DNA from: Kondoa subrosea
Lineage: Eukaryota
Reading direction: 5' to 3'
Assembly (NCBI GenBank): GCA_039545335.1
Contig: BCIN01000006.1
Span: 1,178,001-1,242,000 of the forward strand
DNA: 64,000 bases
In this document: one piece after another, positions 37,942 to 50,650 of the stretch
Layout: the number at the start of each line of letters is the position of its first letter
Numbering within the stretch: the stretch's first letter is position 1
Position numbers and translations under genes: made by a program
The notes under the pieces: generated by a model
The model's database searches: none
Told to the model about the DNA's origin: nothing
The model's input: only the letters and a program-made list of their open reading frames with translations

Positions 37942-38440
37942 TCGAGAATGCGGCACACGCGAGATAACACCAGAAGCCAGTCAGTAAGCCAGCCAAGAGT
38001 ATGCTGCGTCAGCTTCAAGGAGCGCAGCATCATGCAATCTTGCGAAAGAAAACACTGCAAGTGATCATATTGTAATCCAAGGTACTTTCGAAACCTTGTG
38101 CATGGTCCCGGGTGAGCGTATGGATCCCAAACTGATCCACAGCACGAGAAGGTGGTTTCGAGCGGTCGAACACGTATAAAAATATAAAAGCGGTCCGACA
38201 TAACTCATGAGACGAAGCGCATCCCTGACCAGCGAAGAACGACTGGTATAAGGAAGATGATTATGTCCTGGCGAAAGTTGCAATCTGTTTGCCAGATGAA
38301 GTAAGGTTCATTTCATTGTCGCGCATCCGGCTCAATGTATGGAGAAACGGCCTTAACACAGCAGCCAGCAAATGGAATTACTGCTCCACTTTCCGCCTTT
38401 CAATGATTGATGATCGCTCTCATACTAGAAGAATGGACTC
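37942..38440 (+). pseudogene. MOT1: Decayed composite copy of the MOT1 upstream region and an internal MOT1 segment
   Basis: 37942-38195 aligns by eye to 40599-40865 (shared atgctgcgtcagcttcaag, agcacgagaaggtgg); 38205-38440 aligns to 42845-43097 (shared tgtttgccagatgaagtaaggttcat, agcaaatggaattactgct, atactagaagaatgg). Confidence 0.92.
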
Positions 38441-38448
38441 CTCTCGCA

Positions 38449-40466
38449 TCATATCTTTTGAAAGATCTTGTAATTCCCCTGAATCTTGAATTTTGCTTGA
38501 AGGAGGATGAAACCCGCTATAACGAAGCAAGCTCCTGTAAATCCGACTGCAGACAAATAGATAGCGACGCTATTGACTGAGATCAGAGTTCGACTCTGGA
38601 TTTTTCAAGTAAAAAAACATACCCCATTCGCCCGATGCCTCGTTCGCTATGCACAGAGTTCATTAGCTCGTGTAATGTGATATCACACAGTCCGCTTACT
38701 AGTCCGCTAGAGCTGCCGCAATTGGCGAACTGAACAAGCAGGGAACAACCACAGACAACCATAGGATAGCCAGACTATCGACATGTCAGTATTGCCTGCT
38801 GAGAACGAGGAAATATCCTACGCTGAACCCAAATGCTGCAGACCAACGCATTCCGCAGTTACAGGGGCACTTGCTCCCCTAAAGATTGATATGTTAGGTA
38901 GGAGCGGCTATCATATGAATTTCGCGTACCAGAAAGCTCCTCCCGACATACCTGTGAAAGAATCAGACGGGATCAATAGAGGCAACATCGAAACTAACCA
39001 TTGACAACAGCGAAGAAGATCATTACACCATAAGACCGGTTATTGAGCCTGCGTAAAATAAGTGATGCCCAGGGAGTATAGACTAATGACACGTACCAAA
39101 TGATCAGGATCTCCAGACCGCTGACGATGGTGAAAAAGGCAGCCATATTGATCCGTCCAAATCGATCCAATGCAAACCCAATCATGGGTCTTCCAACCAT
39201 TTGGCCAGCACTGAATACAGCTTGCAAGATCGATCACTGAGATTGAGTGAAACCGAGAGCTTGAGTTCCAAAGGTCGGGATTGTGTCTGCGAGCAGGGAT
39301 ATTCAGCGTAGCTCATTCGTACAGGTATTATGACTCACAGAGACAAATGACATATGCAAACATTGAGAACACGCCCCAGAGCCAAACCCAAGTGAAAGAC
39401 GGATGAACCAAAAGCGAAAGCTGTAAAGGCTCGAATTTGGCAGAGATGGTTTTCGTGCGCGCTAGATGCACTGTGAGGCGGCAGTCAGAGAGATGCAAAG
39501 GACTGCTTACATTTGGAAAAGATTGTGACTGGTATCAGGATAATAAGAGAAATGAGCCCATTAGCGATGAATGCCCATTTCTAGAGTCTCACTTGAGCCA
39601 ATTTTCATGCGACAAGATCTTGACTTACCAAGCTATGCCTTTCGATGATAATGCGGGTAGTGATGGAAAAAACGAAACCGCCAAAACCAGAGCCTCTGTT
39701 AATCGGAATGATTAGCCAGAATAGTAGCATATCAAGTGACGACAGACGCTACCGCGATACCAGCCGCTAGAGCTCTTTTTTTGTTGCTGGTGTACACTGG
39801 ATAAGCGTGAAGCAGGGCAAAAGCATTTATGACTCACAACCATTGCTGAGTCAAAGGCTGGGTAGGCACCATCAATAAACCCAACCCGAATCCGAACATA
39901 ACTCCAATGGTAAGAAACAGTTGCCAGATTTGGATCGTAAAAGCAGCTGCTATTTGAGATCCGCTGTAGAGACAAATGCCGATAACCATAGGTACTTTCT
40001 GGATCACCTAATAAGCAGAACTTCAAGCCGCAGATACAAGCACGGACAAAGTGAAAGCGCTTCGAGAGATAGTTTGCCAAAGGTGCAATCAGTAACGCTA
40101 GACCTATCGACATCCCTCCGGCAAATGTGTATTGCAGACTTGTTGCTCCAGGGTAGTAATCATTGGCAATGAAGAAGGATAGAAAGACACCCCATGTTGT
40201 GTTGATACCCTATGAAGATCGTTAGTCGGAGGAGTTTGAGTTGATGCAAGTGGAACAAACCCATGTTGCTGTAAATAAGTTAGTCAATGTACCGCGTTGG
40301 AATAAAGAAATGCTATACCTGCATTGTTCATGAACAGACAAGCCAAAATGACCCAACCATATCCACCATCAGGAGCAGGAGCAGGTGTCGAAGATTCTGT
40401 AGGGATCGCATCGTCTTTGTCCTCTGGGCGTATTGGAATCTCTGTGTCGGCAGAAATCTTGTTCAT
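38449..40466 (-). CDS. MFS transporter, monocarboxylate porter (Mch-like) family
   Basis: PDGGYGWVIL, ATWGINTTWGVF, GRPMIGFALDRFGRINMA, multiple hydrophobic exons; ends KIFQKI*. Confidence 0.88.
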
Positions 40467-40932
40467 GTTCACAACCACGGACGCTCTTGGTATCAATCAG
40501 GATAAAGAAGAAGAAGGGAGAGGGAGTGCAAAAAGCAAACATTGCGTGAACGGAAGATGGATTCTCATTTCGCGCGTCAGTCCTCGGCGACTCTTAGCTC
40601 GAGAATGCGGTGTATGAGGGATGAGAGAAATACAGTAATCAGTGACCAGCCGAGAATGCTGCGTCAGCTTCAAGCAAAGCAGTACATGGTACCAAGGAGG
40701 AGGCATCATGCTGAGTCTTCGCAACAACAAACACAAGTAATATAATCTCAATCCAAGGCAATTGGACGCTTTCGAGAGCTTGCGATGGTTTCGAGTGAGC
40801 GTACAGATCACAAGCACAAGCACGAGAAGGTGGCTTCGAGTGGTCGAACACTATAAAAGCAGCTCGTTCTGAACCATGTAGGGAAATGTAAGGGCCACTT
40901 TCGTGTAGCCTGAATTTATACCATAGCCTTGT

Positions 40933-43900
40933 ATGGCTACCCGTCTTGATCGCATCCTCAATCTACTCGCGACAGGATCTAATGCATCCGTGAAAGCGAC
41001 TGCAGCCCGTCAATTAGGTTCTATAGCTGCTGCTGCTTCTAGGAAAGAGGAGGAAGGCTGGATAGAAGTCATTCAGCTCCTCACTCGTCTGATACCTTAC
41101 TTGCATCACAAACAATTGGAAACTCGCGTTGCTGCTGGAAAAGCTGTCGATAGCATTTGCTCGCAATGCGGGATCTGGTCGTACTCTTCTGGACTCAAGC
41201 AAAATCCTGGATCAGCACTGGATGCATTTGATCTCGTTGCTTTACTAGCAAATAGCAATTCCTTACTCGCTAGTTCTGGGAATGAATACAAAAACCTCTC
41301 TACAGATGCTATCAGCGGGAAAGGCAAGCAAGAGATGCTGTCGAATCTAGGCTTGAGCGGTATAGGCGACGATTCTTCTTTCTTGGATGATGAACTCGGA
41401 ACGGAAGTTGATGTCAAGCCTGTTGTAAACGTCAAGAAAGAAGCTCCCTTTGTTGCTCCTATAGAGGCTGAGCAAGACCTATCCAATCTCAGTGCAAGAG
41501 AGCGCAACGCACTAAAGAGAAAGCGGAAGAACGATGCTAAAGGCCCGCCTGCAACGAAGTCAGTGCTTTCTTTCTTCTTCATCCCTACCTAATGTTATGA
41601 ACTCTGCGCTCTGTAGACCACGTCTAGCCGAAACTGCACCAACTCCTGCGGCGTCGACGTCTGCTTCTGAACCGGTCGTTGTTGCACACAAACAAGCTAC
41701 GAAAGTAGACCCTACCATTGCTCGTCCTGAGCTGGATCTTTACCTTCCTTCTGATCCGAGCGAATGGCCATTCACTAAACTCGTCCAGTACTTTTCAACT
41801 GAATTGCTCAACATGGGTTGGGAAATTCGGCATGGTTCTGCTCTCGCTTTGTTAGGCATCCTCAAATCTCAAGGATCAGCTTGTCTAATAGTGCAGCAAG
41901 TCACGACTCAAGTTCTCCAAGTTCTTTGTTTGGATCGATTTGGCGATTATGTTGGTGATTCAGTCGTTGCTCCAGTAAGGGAACAAGCGTCCATGTTGCT
42001 TGGATGTTGTATTCGATATTTGGATCAAGCAAGTTCAGAGCAAGTCTTGAGAGTGCTGATGAGCATGATCAAACAAGAAGCGACAGGAAAGTATATTTGG
42101 CAAGTTCGTCATGCTGGTTTGGTCGGTTTGAAGTACCTTGTTGCTGTAAATGAGGATGTCGCCAAGAGCAAGCAGGTCTTGCTCGAGATTGTTGAAGTTG
42201 GGAGATTTGGGTAGGATGAATTCGCGGTTGCAAGAGAGAAAGAGCTAACGCGTCCGACAGGCTCAAGGATATGGACGACGACGTGCGGTCTGCGGCAGCA
42301 TCAGCTTTGACACCTTTGATCCCTTCCATCGTTGAAGAGCTTCCGGATCAAGTGGATGACCTCTTAACAATCCTATGGAGTACTCTAGCAGATCTGAAGG
42401 ACGATTTGTCGCACTCTGTTGGTGGTATCATGAATCTACTTTCGGCACTCTTAGGTCATCCAGCTGTCTTGGCCAAGCTTGTCAATTCCCTTCCTACTCT
42501 CAGTCCATCTCTATTCCCTTACTTCAGACATACACTGTCTAACGTCAGACTGCAAGTATTGAAGACGTTGCAAACTTTCTTACTACTCGATTCAGCTTGG
42601 ATTGACCATCGCTTGCTGTGTCACTTATTTCAGAACATCATTCTAGAAGAGAAAGATGAAATAAGGCAAACATCCTTAGAGACGTTCAACAATGCAATAG
42701 GATCAATATCTGGCGACTTAGTCTTGCCTCTTGTTATCAATTGGCTCAACATTTTACTGACACCTCTTGGGACACCTTTCAACGAAGCTCTGTTTTTAAA
42801 AGCCGACGGTATTTTCACGGCTGGCGGAAACTTGGACAAAGCGGTCATGAGACAAGATGCATCCCTCATCAGCGAAGATCGACTGATGAAAGGAAGATTA
42901 GCTGCTGCTCATGCACTGGCCAAAGTTGCAATATGTTTGCCAGATGAAGTAAGGTTCATCGTTTCATTCTCGCGCATCGCTCAGTGTATACCAGCATCGA
43001 GAAACGGCCTTGACGCAGCACCTAGCAAATGGAATTACTGCTTCACCTTCAGCCTTTCAACGATTCATGATTGCTGCTATACTAGAAGAATGGGCTCTGT
43101 TGTCGCCAGCACCTTTAGTGCCGAACGAGGTCAGGTCAATAGTCTGTCAACAACTACAGATCGCTCTTGAAGCTCCTCCATTAGTTGCTTATACTGAAAC
43201 TGCTACTCTCGTTGCCTCTATCCAAACCGATTGTCAAGCTCTGTACACCGGAATGTACAATGCCGTCCCGTCTGTTCAGCAACAAATGCCTCATTACGCT
43301 GAAGTCTTCTCTGCGACTGATTTTACTATTGCGATGGCTCAAACGATCGTTGGGCCCACATATGCGAAATTATTGAAATTACTAAACGATGGAGCCAAAG
43401 GCAAAGCGAAAGCACAAGTGACCCAGATTCTGCCAAGACTGGAAGAGAAAAAGAACAAGATAACAATCAGTATACAAAGGTATAGCAGTCTGAAAGAACG
43501 ATGGGATACTCAGCTTGCCGCTTCACTTGCTGCTGTTTTGGTTGCGCATAAAGCCATCCCTAACAAGCTGAATCCCTTGATCAAGAGCATTATGAACAGC
43601 ATCAAGGTTTGTGCCGATTTTGAATCTTATATGATGGCTAAGGTGTGTGTAGTTCGAAGAAAACATTGATCTACAAGTGCGATCGGCAAGAACGCTTTCT
43701 CTCTTCATCGATACTTGTTCGGCACCTGGATCGACTGTCCGTGTAAATCCAAGTGACAAATTGATCAAAAACCTATGTGTCTTCCTCTGCCAGAATACTA
43801 TTGAAACGCCTTTGTTCGCGGAAGCGAAAATTACTACCAAAGCTATTCTATCGGCGCCAGATCCAGTTGCTGGTAATGAAAGTAGTAAATCAGGCAAGAA

Positions 43901-46691
43901 ACCGGCTGCAGTAGCTGAAAGTGCGGAGTCATTGAGAAACAAGCGCACGAGACGAGGTGGGGAAGCTGCTTTGTCAATGCTATGTAAACATCTCGGATCG
44001 TCAGTGCTGTCAAGATTGCCTCGGCTATGGAGTTGCATGTCGGAAGCTGTTCTTGCGAATTTTCAACTAGGTATGCTTCGTCGATTTTGGCGCTCAATCC
44101 TCACTAATGAGGGTGCAGGAGAATTGGACGGACGAACCCTAAGTGATCAGAACGGACAGGATATACTTGACAACCTAACTGTTCTTGCCGCCGTCGCCCC
44201 TCAGCTGGATCTGACATTGCACGCCCAAATCGAAGGATTGCTGCCTTGTCTTGCGAAAGCAGTCCGATGCCCTTTCGCCGTCATTCGACAATCTGCCGCA
44301 AGATGTGTCAGTAGCCTCTGCAATGCCATGCCAGTCCTTGGTCTGAAGCACGTGGTGCTCGATATGCTGCCTTTTATGGGTGATCCATTGCACAACGACT
44401 ATAGACGAGGCATGATTGAATTGATATCCTGTGAGTTCAAGTATACTATCAATAACAGTCACTCAGAAGGATGCACAGGTCTCGTTAACCAACTTGATAT
44501 TCGTATCTTACCATATGTAATATTTCTTGTTGTGCCGGTTCTTGGTCGTATGACCGATGCGGACGAAGACGTGCGAGCACTCGCTACAAGCACTTTCGCT
44601 ACCCTAATCCGTTTGGTACCGCTCGAGGTGAATTGTCGTCACCGTAAAACAGACGCGGACTAACAGTTGCGCAGGCCGGTATTCCTGATCCTCCTGGCTT
44701 CTCTGAAGACATTTTGAAGAAGAGGAATGAAGAACGGCTATTCCTGGTGCAACTTCTAGACGGGACCAAGATTGATAACTACGAAATCTCTGTCCCTATC
44801 AAGGCCGAGCTTCGCAAATATCAGAAGGAGGGCATCAGTTGGATGGCTTTCTTGGCCAAGTTCCAGCTTCATGGTATTTTATGTGATGGTGCGAATGATC
44901 GTATCGGTTCTCCTCCCTTGATATTGACGAATGCTGCCCAGATATGGGGCTCGGCAAGACGCTGCAGACGATCTGTATCCTTGCGAGTCAGACACATGAC
45001 CGAGCAGAAGCCTATAAGCGAAACAAATCACCAGAGAATATCCATCTGCCCTCGCTGGTCATATGTCCGCCTACTCTAACAGGACATTGGGTTCATGAAA
45101 TCAACACTTACTCGGAGACGCTTCGCCCAATGTTGTATTCAGGTGACAAGGCACAAAGAGCTAGAATACTCGCTTCTCGCGACAAAATTGACGTGCTGAT
45201 CATGTCCTACGATGTGGCACGAAACGATATTGCAAATGTTCAGAAATTCAAATTCAACTACTGCGTTCTGGACGAAGGTCATATCATTAAGAACGGCAAG
45301 ACCAAACTTTCTCAGGCTCTGAAAACAATCCAAGCAAATCATCGCTTGATTCTCTCTGGCACGCCAATTCAGAACAATCTACTTGAGCTCTGGAGTCTCT
45401 TCGATTTCTTGATGCCTGGCTTCCTCGGTACAGAAAGATCCTTCACTGAGCGTTACAGCAAACCTGTACAGGCAAGCCGTGAAGCCAAAAGCTCCTCGAA
45501 AGAGCAAGAAGCAGGTGAGCAATTACCTCACACCCTTACTAGAAAGTGCTGATGCTTGCCTAGGCACTTTGGCTTTGGATGCTCTTCACAAACAGGTTCT
45601 GCCATTCTTGCTGCGACGTCTCAAAGAAGATGTGTTGGATGACCTGCCGCCAAAGATCATACAAGATTACCATTGCGATCTATCACCTCTTCAGATAGCT
45701 CTTTACGACGAGCACTCGAAGTCCGACAGCGTGGGAGGTAGCGAAGAAACGCAGCATGTCTTCCAGTCGCTGCAATATCTTCGAAAGCTTGTCAACCATC
45801 CTCTGCTGATCATCAAGCCAGACCAATCAGCACATCAGACGATCTTGCACAAATTCCAATCCCAGGACAGCGCTTTCAATGTACGCGATGTGGCCCATGC
45901 CCCAAAGCTGGTTGCTTTAAGGTGAGTTATGCAGTCGATTAGCATGCCCTGTGCTGATGGCACTTGCAGACAAATTTTACAAGATTGTGGTATCGGCAAA
46001 ACGGAAGACATTCAAGACGATGCAATAGCACCTCATCGAGTCTTGGTTTTCTGCCAAATGAAGCAAATGCTCGACATTATCGAGAACGATTTGTTCCGGC
46101 AGCTCATGCCATCAGTCACGTATATGCGAATGGATGGTGCTACACCTACAAATAAGCGACATGCGGTAGTGCAGACCTTTAACGCGGATCCCTCGATCGA
46201 CGTTCTTCTCATGACGACCCATGTTGGCGGGTTAGGCTTGAACTTGACTGGTGCAGACACGGTCATCTTCGTTGAACACGATTGGAATCCGATGAAGGAT
46301 CTGCAAGCAATGGATCGCGCTCACAGACTAGGTCAAAAGAGAGTGGTCAATGTTTATCGCTTGATCACGAGAGGAACCCTTGAGGAGAAAATCATGGGGT
46401 AAGCTTTGCATCTAAGGGCATCGAAATTGTCCTCATTGCATTTTGCGTAGCCTACAACGTTTCAAGCTGAATATCGCATCAAGTGTGGTCAATCAGCAGA
46501 ATGCCAACCTCGCTTCGATGGAGACTGATCAAGTTCTGGATCTATTTGATGTTACTTCGCAGTCAGATAAACCAAAAGAAGGAGGCAAGCAGAAGAAGAT
46601 TTCTCAAAAGGAATTGTTAGAAGGTTTGGGCGAATTGCAAGAAGACGAGTATGGCTTCGAAGATGCTTCGCAGTTTGCAGCCGGCCTGTAA
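40933..46691 (+). CDS. MOT1: TBP-associated SNF2-family ATPase Mot1/BTAF1
   Basis: MATRLDRIL, LDRFGDYVGDSVVAPVRE, DDMGLGKTLQ, LDEGH, LSGTPIQNN, WNPMKDLQAMDRAHRLGQ. Confidence 0.97.
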
Positions 46692-46846
46692 ACTAGATTT
46701 GGCTAGACTAGTATTGTCACACATGTATATAGTGACTGTATTTGATATGTCAACCAGAGCACTGTTGCATTGCTTCCCACAAACAAATGTCCCTCTTCGA
46801 TGCTCGGTCCAGCCTCACATTGTATCCCCTCTGTCCATAACCTCAT

Positions 46847-48062
46847 TCACAGCATGTATAGAGCCAAGACCGCTTTTAGCCAACATTAATAGTGGTCTGT
46901 CGACACCAAAAGTAACGACTTACACATCAAACCCAAGATAGCATTCAAACGCAGTTCATCGCCATTTGATGTGTTTCCCGGTACCACTTTAAAAGTAGGT
47001 ACAGCAGTTTCAGAAGGTACTTGACTGGATTTAGCCATTCTGGATTTTGTAGAAGTTTGGATCGTCATCTTCCCGCTTTCGCCTACAGTTCGAGCAATAG
47101 TTGTAGTCGGTTTACCTGTGAGAGGCATTGGATCACAACTTGCAGAGTCTTCTTCCTCGCCAGCATCACCTCCATCAGCTGCTTTGACAGTAGGCTTTTC
47201 GGAAGATTTAGCTTCTCCAGCTTTCTTGGCAGAAGAAGTAGAAGTAGCTTCCTTGTCACTAGTAGCGCTAGAAGTAGTTTCAGCAGGTGATGTATTGCCT
47301 GCTGCAGCTGCTGAATTGGCGACTTCTTTGCTGAGATCGATTGCTACTGCGCTGTAAGCCAGATCATGGTATGCCTTAGTACTGTACCAGGCTATATTAG
47401 TTCAATATATGTTAATAGCTGAAAAAAAGAACGTACGCAGATGCATCTGCAGAACCAGGATTTACTGAACTCCTAGCATAAACAAACATTTGACCCGCTG
47501 CAGCTTTCAGAACAGCTTTGATCGTTGAAGGAACTTTGTAAGTATGTGCCATTGGTCTGAGGAAAGCGACTTGAGTGTCGGTGCAAAGATTCTTGACTAA
47601 AGAGATACCGGTTGATAAGCCTAGATCGGGAGGTGAAGCATACGCTGAAGGCTGTGTGTGTGAAAGAGTCCAGCTAATTTGATAAAAGATATCAGGGATG
47701 ACTAAGGATGCCGGCAAAGAGATGATACCTTCCGTCTGTTGGCCATGCAATAATTTGATCCGAAGCCAACATGTTACCGCCAACTCCTACGTGGTGGCGA
47801 AATCAGAGAAAGCATGTTACTAGAAAGAGAAGAACTTACCCAAACCAACCCAACCGATTGGCTTACCATCAGTGACTTCGATAACGCTAAGCAGCTGTTT
47901 CCCATCAGTGTACAATTCAGTGTCGAAAGCTTTTGGTAAAGTGTTCTTCCCTCCAGTAAGTTTGGTAGCTGATGGGAAAACAGAAGCGATTTGAGCTTCT
48001 GTCAGAGCTGCTGAAACTAAATGAGAAGCGAGGGCAAGAGATAAAAGAATGTTGATGTACAT
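46847..48062 (-). CDS. Secreted, probably GPI/TM-anchored DOMON (CDH-cytochrome-like) protein
   Basis: Signal peptide; spliced GWVGLGVGGNMLASDQIIAWP..WTLSH and NPGSADASATKAYHD (candidate Met/His heme ligands); S/T-rich stalk; hydrophobic C-terminus. Confidence 0.7.
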
Positions 48063-48545
48063 TGCTTGAAAAGAGAGACGGATACTGTAGATGATTGTAC
48101 GAGTACAAGAAAAAAGAGATGACAGGAATGTAGCATGAGAAGGTAACTTCATGAACAGGTACAAGCTGAGATTGTAACTTCTGTTCAATTGAACAGCATC
48201 TTAATATATTTAGACTCTTCCCGTGAATAGAAGTACCCGAAGAGAACAAAGTAGTGGAGCAGCCTGAGATAGGCAAGCGAAACATTTTCCGGACTTTTGG
48301 CAGGCCTTCTAGCATAGATCGCGTATTGGCAGGACATGATTCAACAAGTAAGAGTGAAGAACAGCAAGAGTGAGAGCAGGACACGTGAGCAAAGCAGACG
48401 AGCACTTGTCTAACCCAACTTGTGGCCGCGTCATTGTTACGGGTCGAAAGCTGTTTGTCTCAACCACGACTAAAGTACTTATAGCTTGGAGCATACCATA
48501 CGTTCCAATCTAGCCAATCATCTATATCCCTTCCAGTGAACCAGA

Positions 48546-50341
48546 ATGGTTAGTTATAAACTCATGCCTTGAGAGATTGGCAACAGAACTCATATCTCTG
48601 GCCTTATTAACAGAGCGATGATTACAATATGGTAGCAGACTCAGACGACGAACCTTTCTATGTCGATTCAGATGATGAAGACTTGGAAGAAATCAGACGA
48701 GAAGCAGACCGACGCAGACAAGCAGCAGCTCAACAACCGCCTGCTAGACCTGTTCCTCAGCCTAGAGCTTTACCTACTCGTGGTGGAATCTTTGGAGGTC
48801 GTAATGCAGCAGCTGCAGCAGCAGCGAATCAAATGCCTGGTTTCGGTATGGCTGGCGGACCTGGACCTATTGCTAGAGGAAATCCGTTTGGTGACATGGC
48901 TCAAGCTATGTTTGGACCTGGAGGAATGCTGGGAGGTGCACATCATGCCAGTGCATCTGCTTTCCGAATGGATCTCAAAGCTTGGTCGGTCTCAATTCAT
49001 GAAGCTGGAGAAGGGAGGATGGAACGCATCAATGGAGGTCGACAGAATGTCATGTTTGGGGGCAGTAGTGAGTCAAGACGCTCCTCGTGCACACAAATGC
49101 TGATGTTGGCCATGTTTCTGCTTACAGTTCTCATGCCGGCTGAAGCATTAGATCTTCTCAGTAGGTTATTCCTTGCGTAATGATGCTCAATTGACCTGTG
49201 ATCCTCAGCTCGACTCGATATTGAGTCGCCTTGGACTTTCGAACTCATCAATCCTCGAGACCAAACACGTCGAACACATGCTGGTGTACTTGAATTCACT
49301 GCACCCGGGGGATCAGTTTATCTACCACAATGGGTTCGTCTACATCGAGTTCTGCCGCATACGCGACTGACTTTCATGGTGTACTTCGAACAGATTATGG
49401 ATCAGCTCGGTTTAACAGAAGGCGATTCCATTCGAGTACATGGCGCAGCTTTACCAAAAGGCAAATTCGTCAAGCTCCAACCTCAAGAACTGACTTTTCT
49501 TGAACTTTCCGATCCTAAAGTAGTTTTGGAGAAGGCTTTATCCAATTACACTTGCTTGACTGTAGGCGATATGATCGAAATCTCTCATCAACACATTAAC
49601 CTCAAATTTCAAATTCTGGAAATCAAACCTGAAGATGCAAAAGGAATCAATATCCTCAATACGGATATTGAAGTCGATTTCGCTCCTCCAGTGGGTTATG
49701 TTGAACCGGAAAAGAAACCTAGAGAACCTGCTCCTACTATGGCGAGCAAGATGAAGATTAATATAGAGGGAACGAATGAAGTAGGTGGAGAGAGTGGAAA
49801 GAAGTTTGATGCGTTTTTGGGTCAAGGGAATTCATTAGGTGGGAAAAGAGTGAAAGGGAAAGGAACGAAAGTGAAGAAAGTTGATGCTGTGGATCCTGAA
49901 AGCAGAATTCGACGAACAGAGTCAGTTAACTTCCCTTGGTAAATGCCTTTCTTGAGCTTGTATGCTGATCCTTCGAAATGATTCAGTCGACAGACTTTCA
50001 TCAACGCTAATGCGGATTCAGCTACTCGAACTGTTCCAGCTGCTTTACATTTACCTTTTGGTCATCTTTTCTTCGGTTACAACCATGTTCCACTACCAGC
50101 TAGCAACCCTACTTCAGATATAGCAACAGCAGAAGGTTCACAGCCTGCTCCTTCTTTTGTTGGTAATGGAGCAACTCTCAGTGGTAGAATGCGAAGGCAA
50201 CCACAAGAAACATCTTCTGCGACTTCAAGTCAGGTGAAGAAAGAAGTGAAAGAGGAGAAGAAGGAGAATCAGGCGTTCTCTGGGCAAGGGAACTCTCTTG
50301 CACCGCCGAAGAAGAAGAAGGAAGTGATTGAGATTGATTGA
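48546..50341 (+). CDS. UFD1: Ubiquitin fusion degradation protein 1 with extended N-terminus
   Basis: THAGVLEFTA..VYLPQWIMDQL, LPKGKFVKLQPQ, DPKVVLEKALSNYTCLT, VDFAPPVGYVEP, F-x-G-x-G-x-x-L SHP-like boxes; probable ATG-only first exon. Confidence 0.93.
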
Positions 50342-50650
50342 GATTTTTTTAACTTTTCGGATGCCTTGATTGTACAAATGGTCAGTCTCCAATCCACTCA
50401 ACGTCATTATTCGACCGTCTGACTTTTGCAGCAGCATTATTTCGCATAGGTTTCTGCTGGGCACTTAGAATCGTTCTCCTGTATTCCGGACGTGCTTTTG
50501 TGCTCACCTCTACGCTTCGAATCTCTGATTTTGCCAGTTGTCTGGCTTTCTGCTTTTTACATCTGACGCGGACAGCGAGAATAGAGCGAGAGCGTATGTT
50601 CTATTGTCCGCCTCAACACCTTCATTCTATCTACAAAATCCCTATCTATA

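Noticed and set aside
21850..38450. Transposase, TIRs, LTRs or target-site duplication for the island
   Set aside because: No DDE, RT, HUH/helicase or tyrosine-recombinase motifs and no matching termini found by eye, so no mobile_element feature was called
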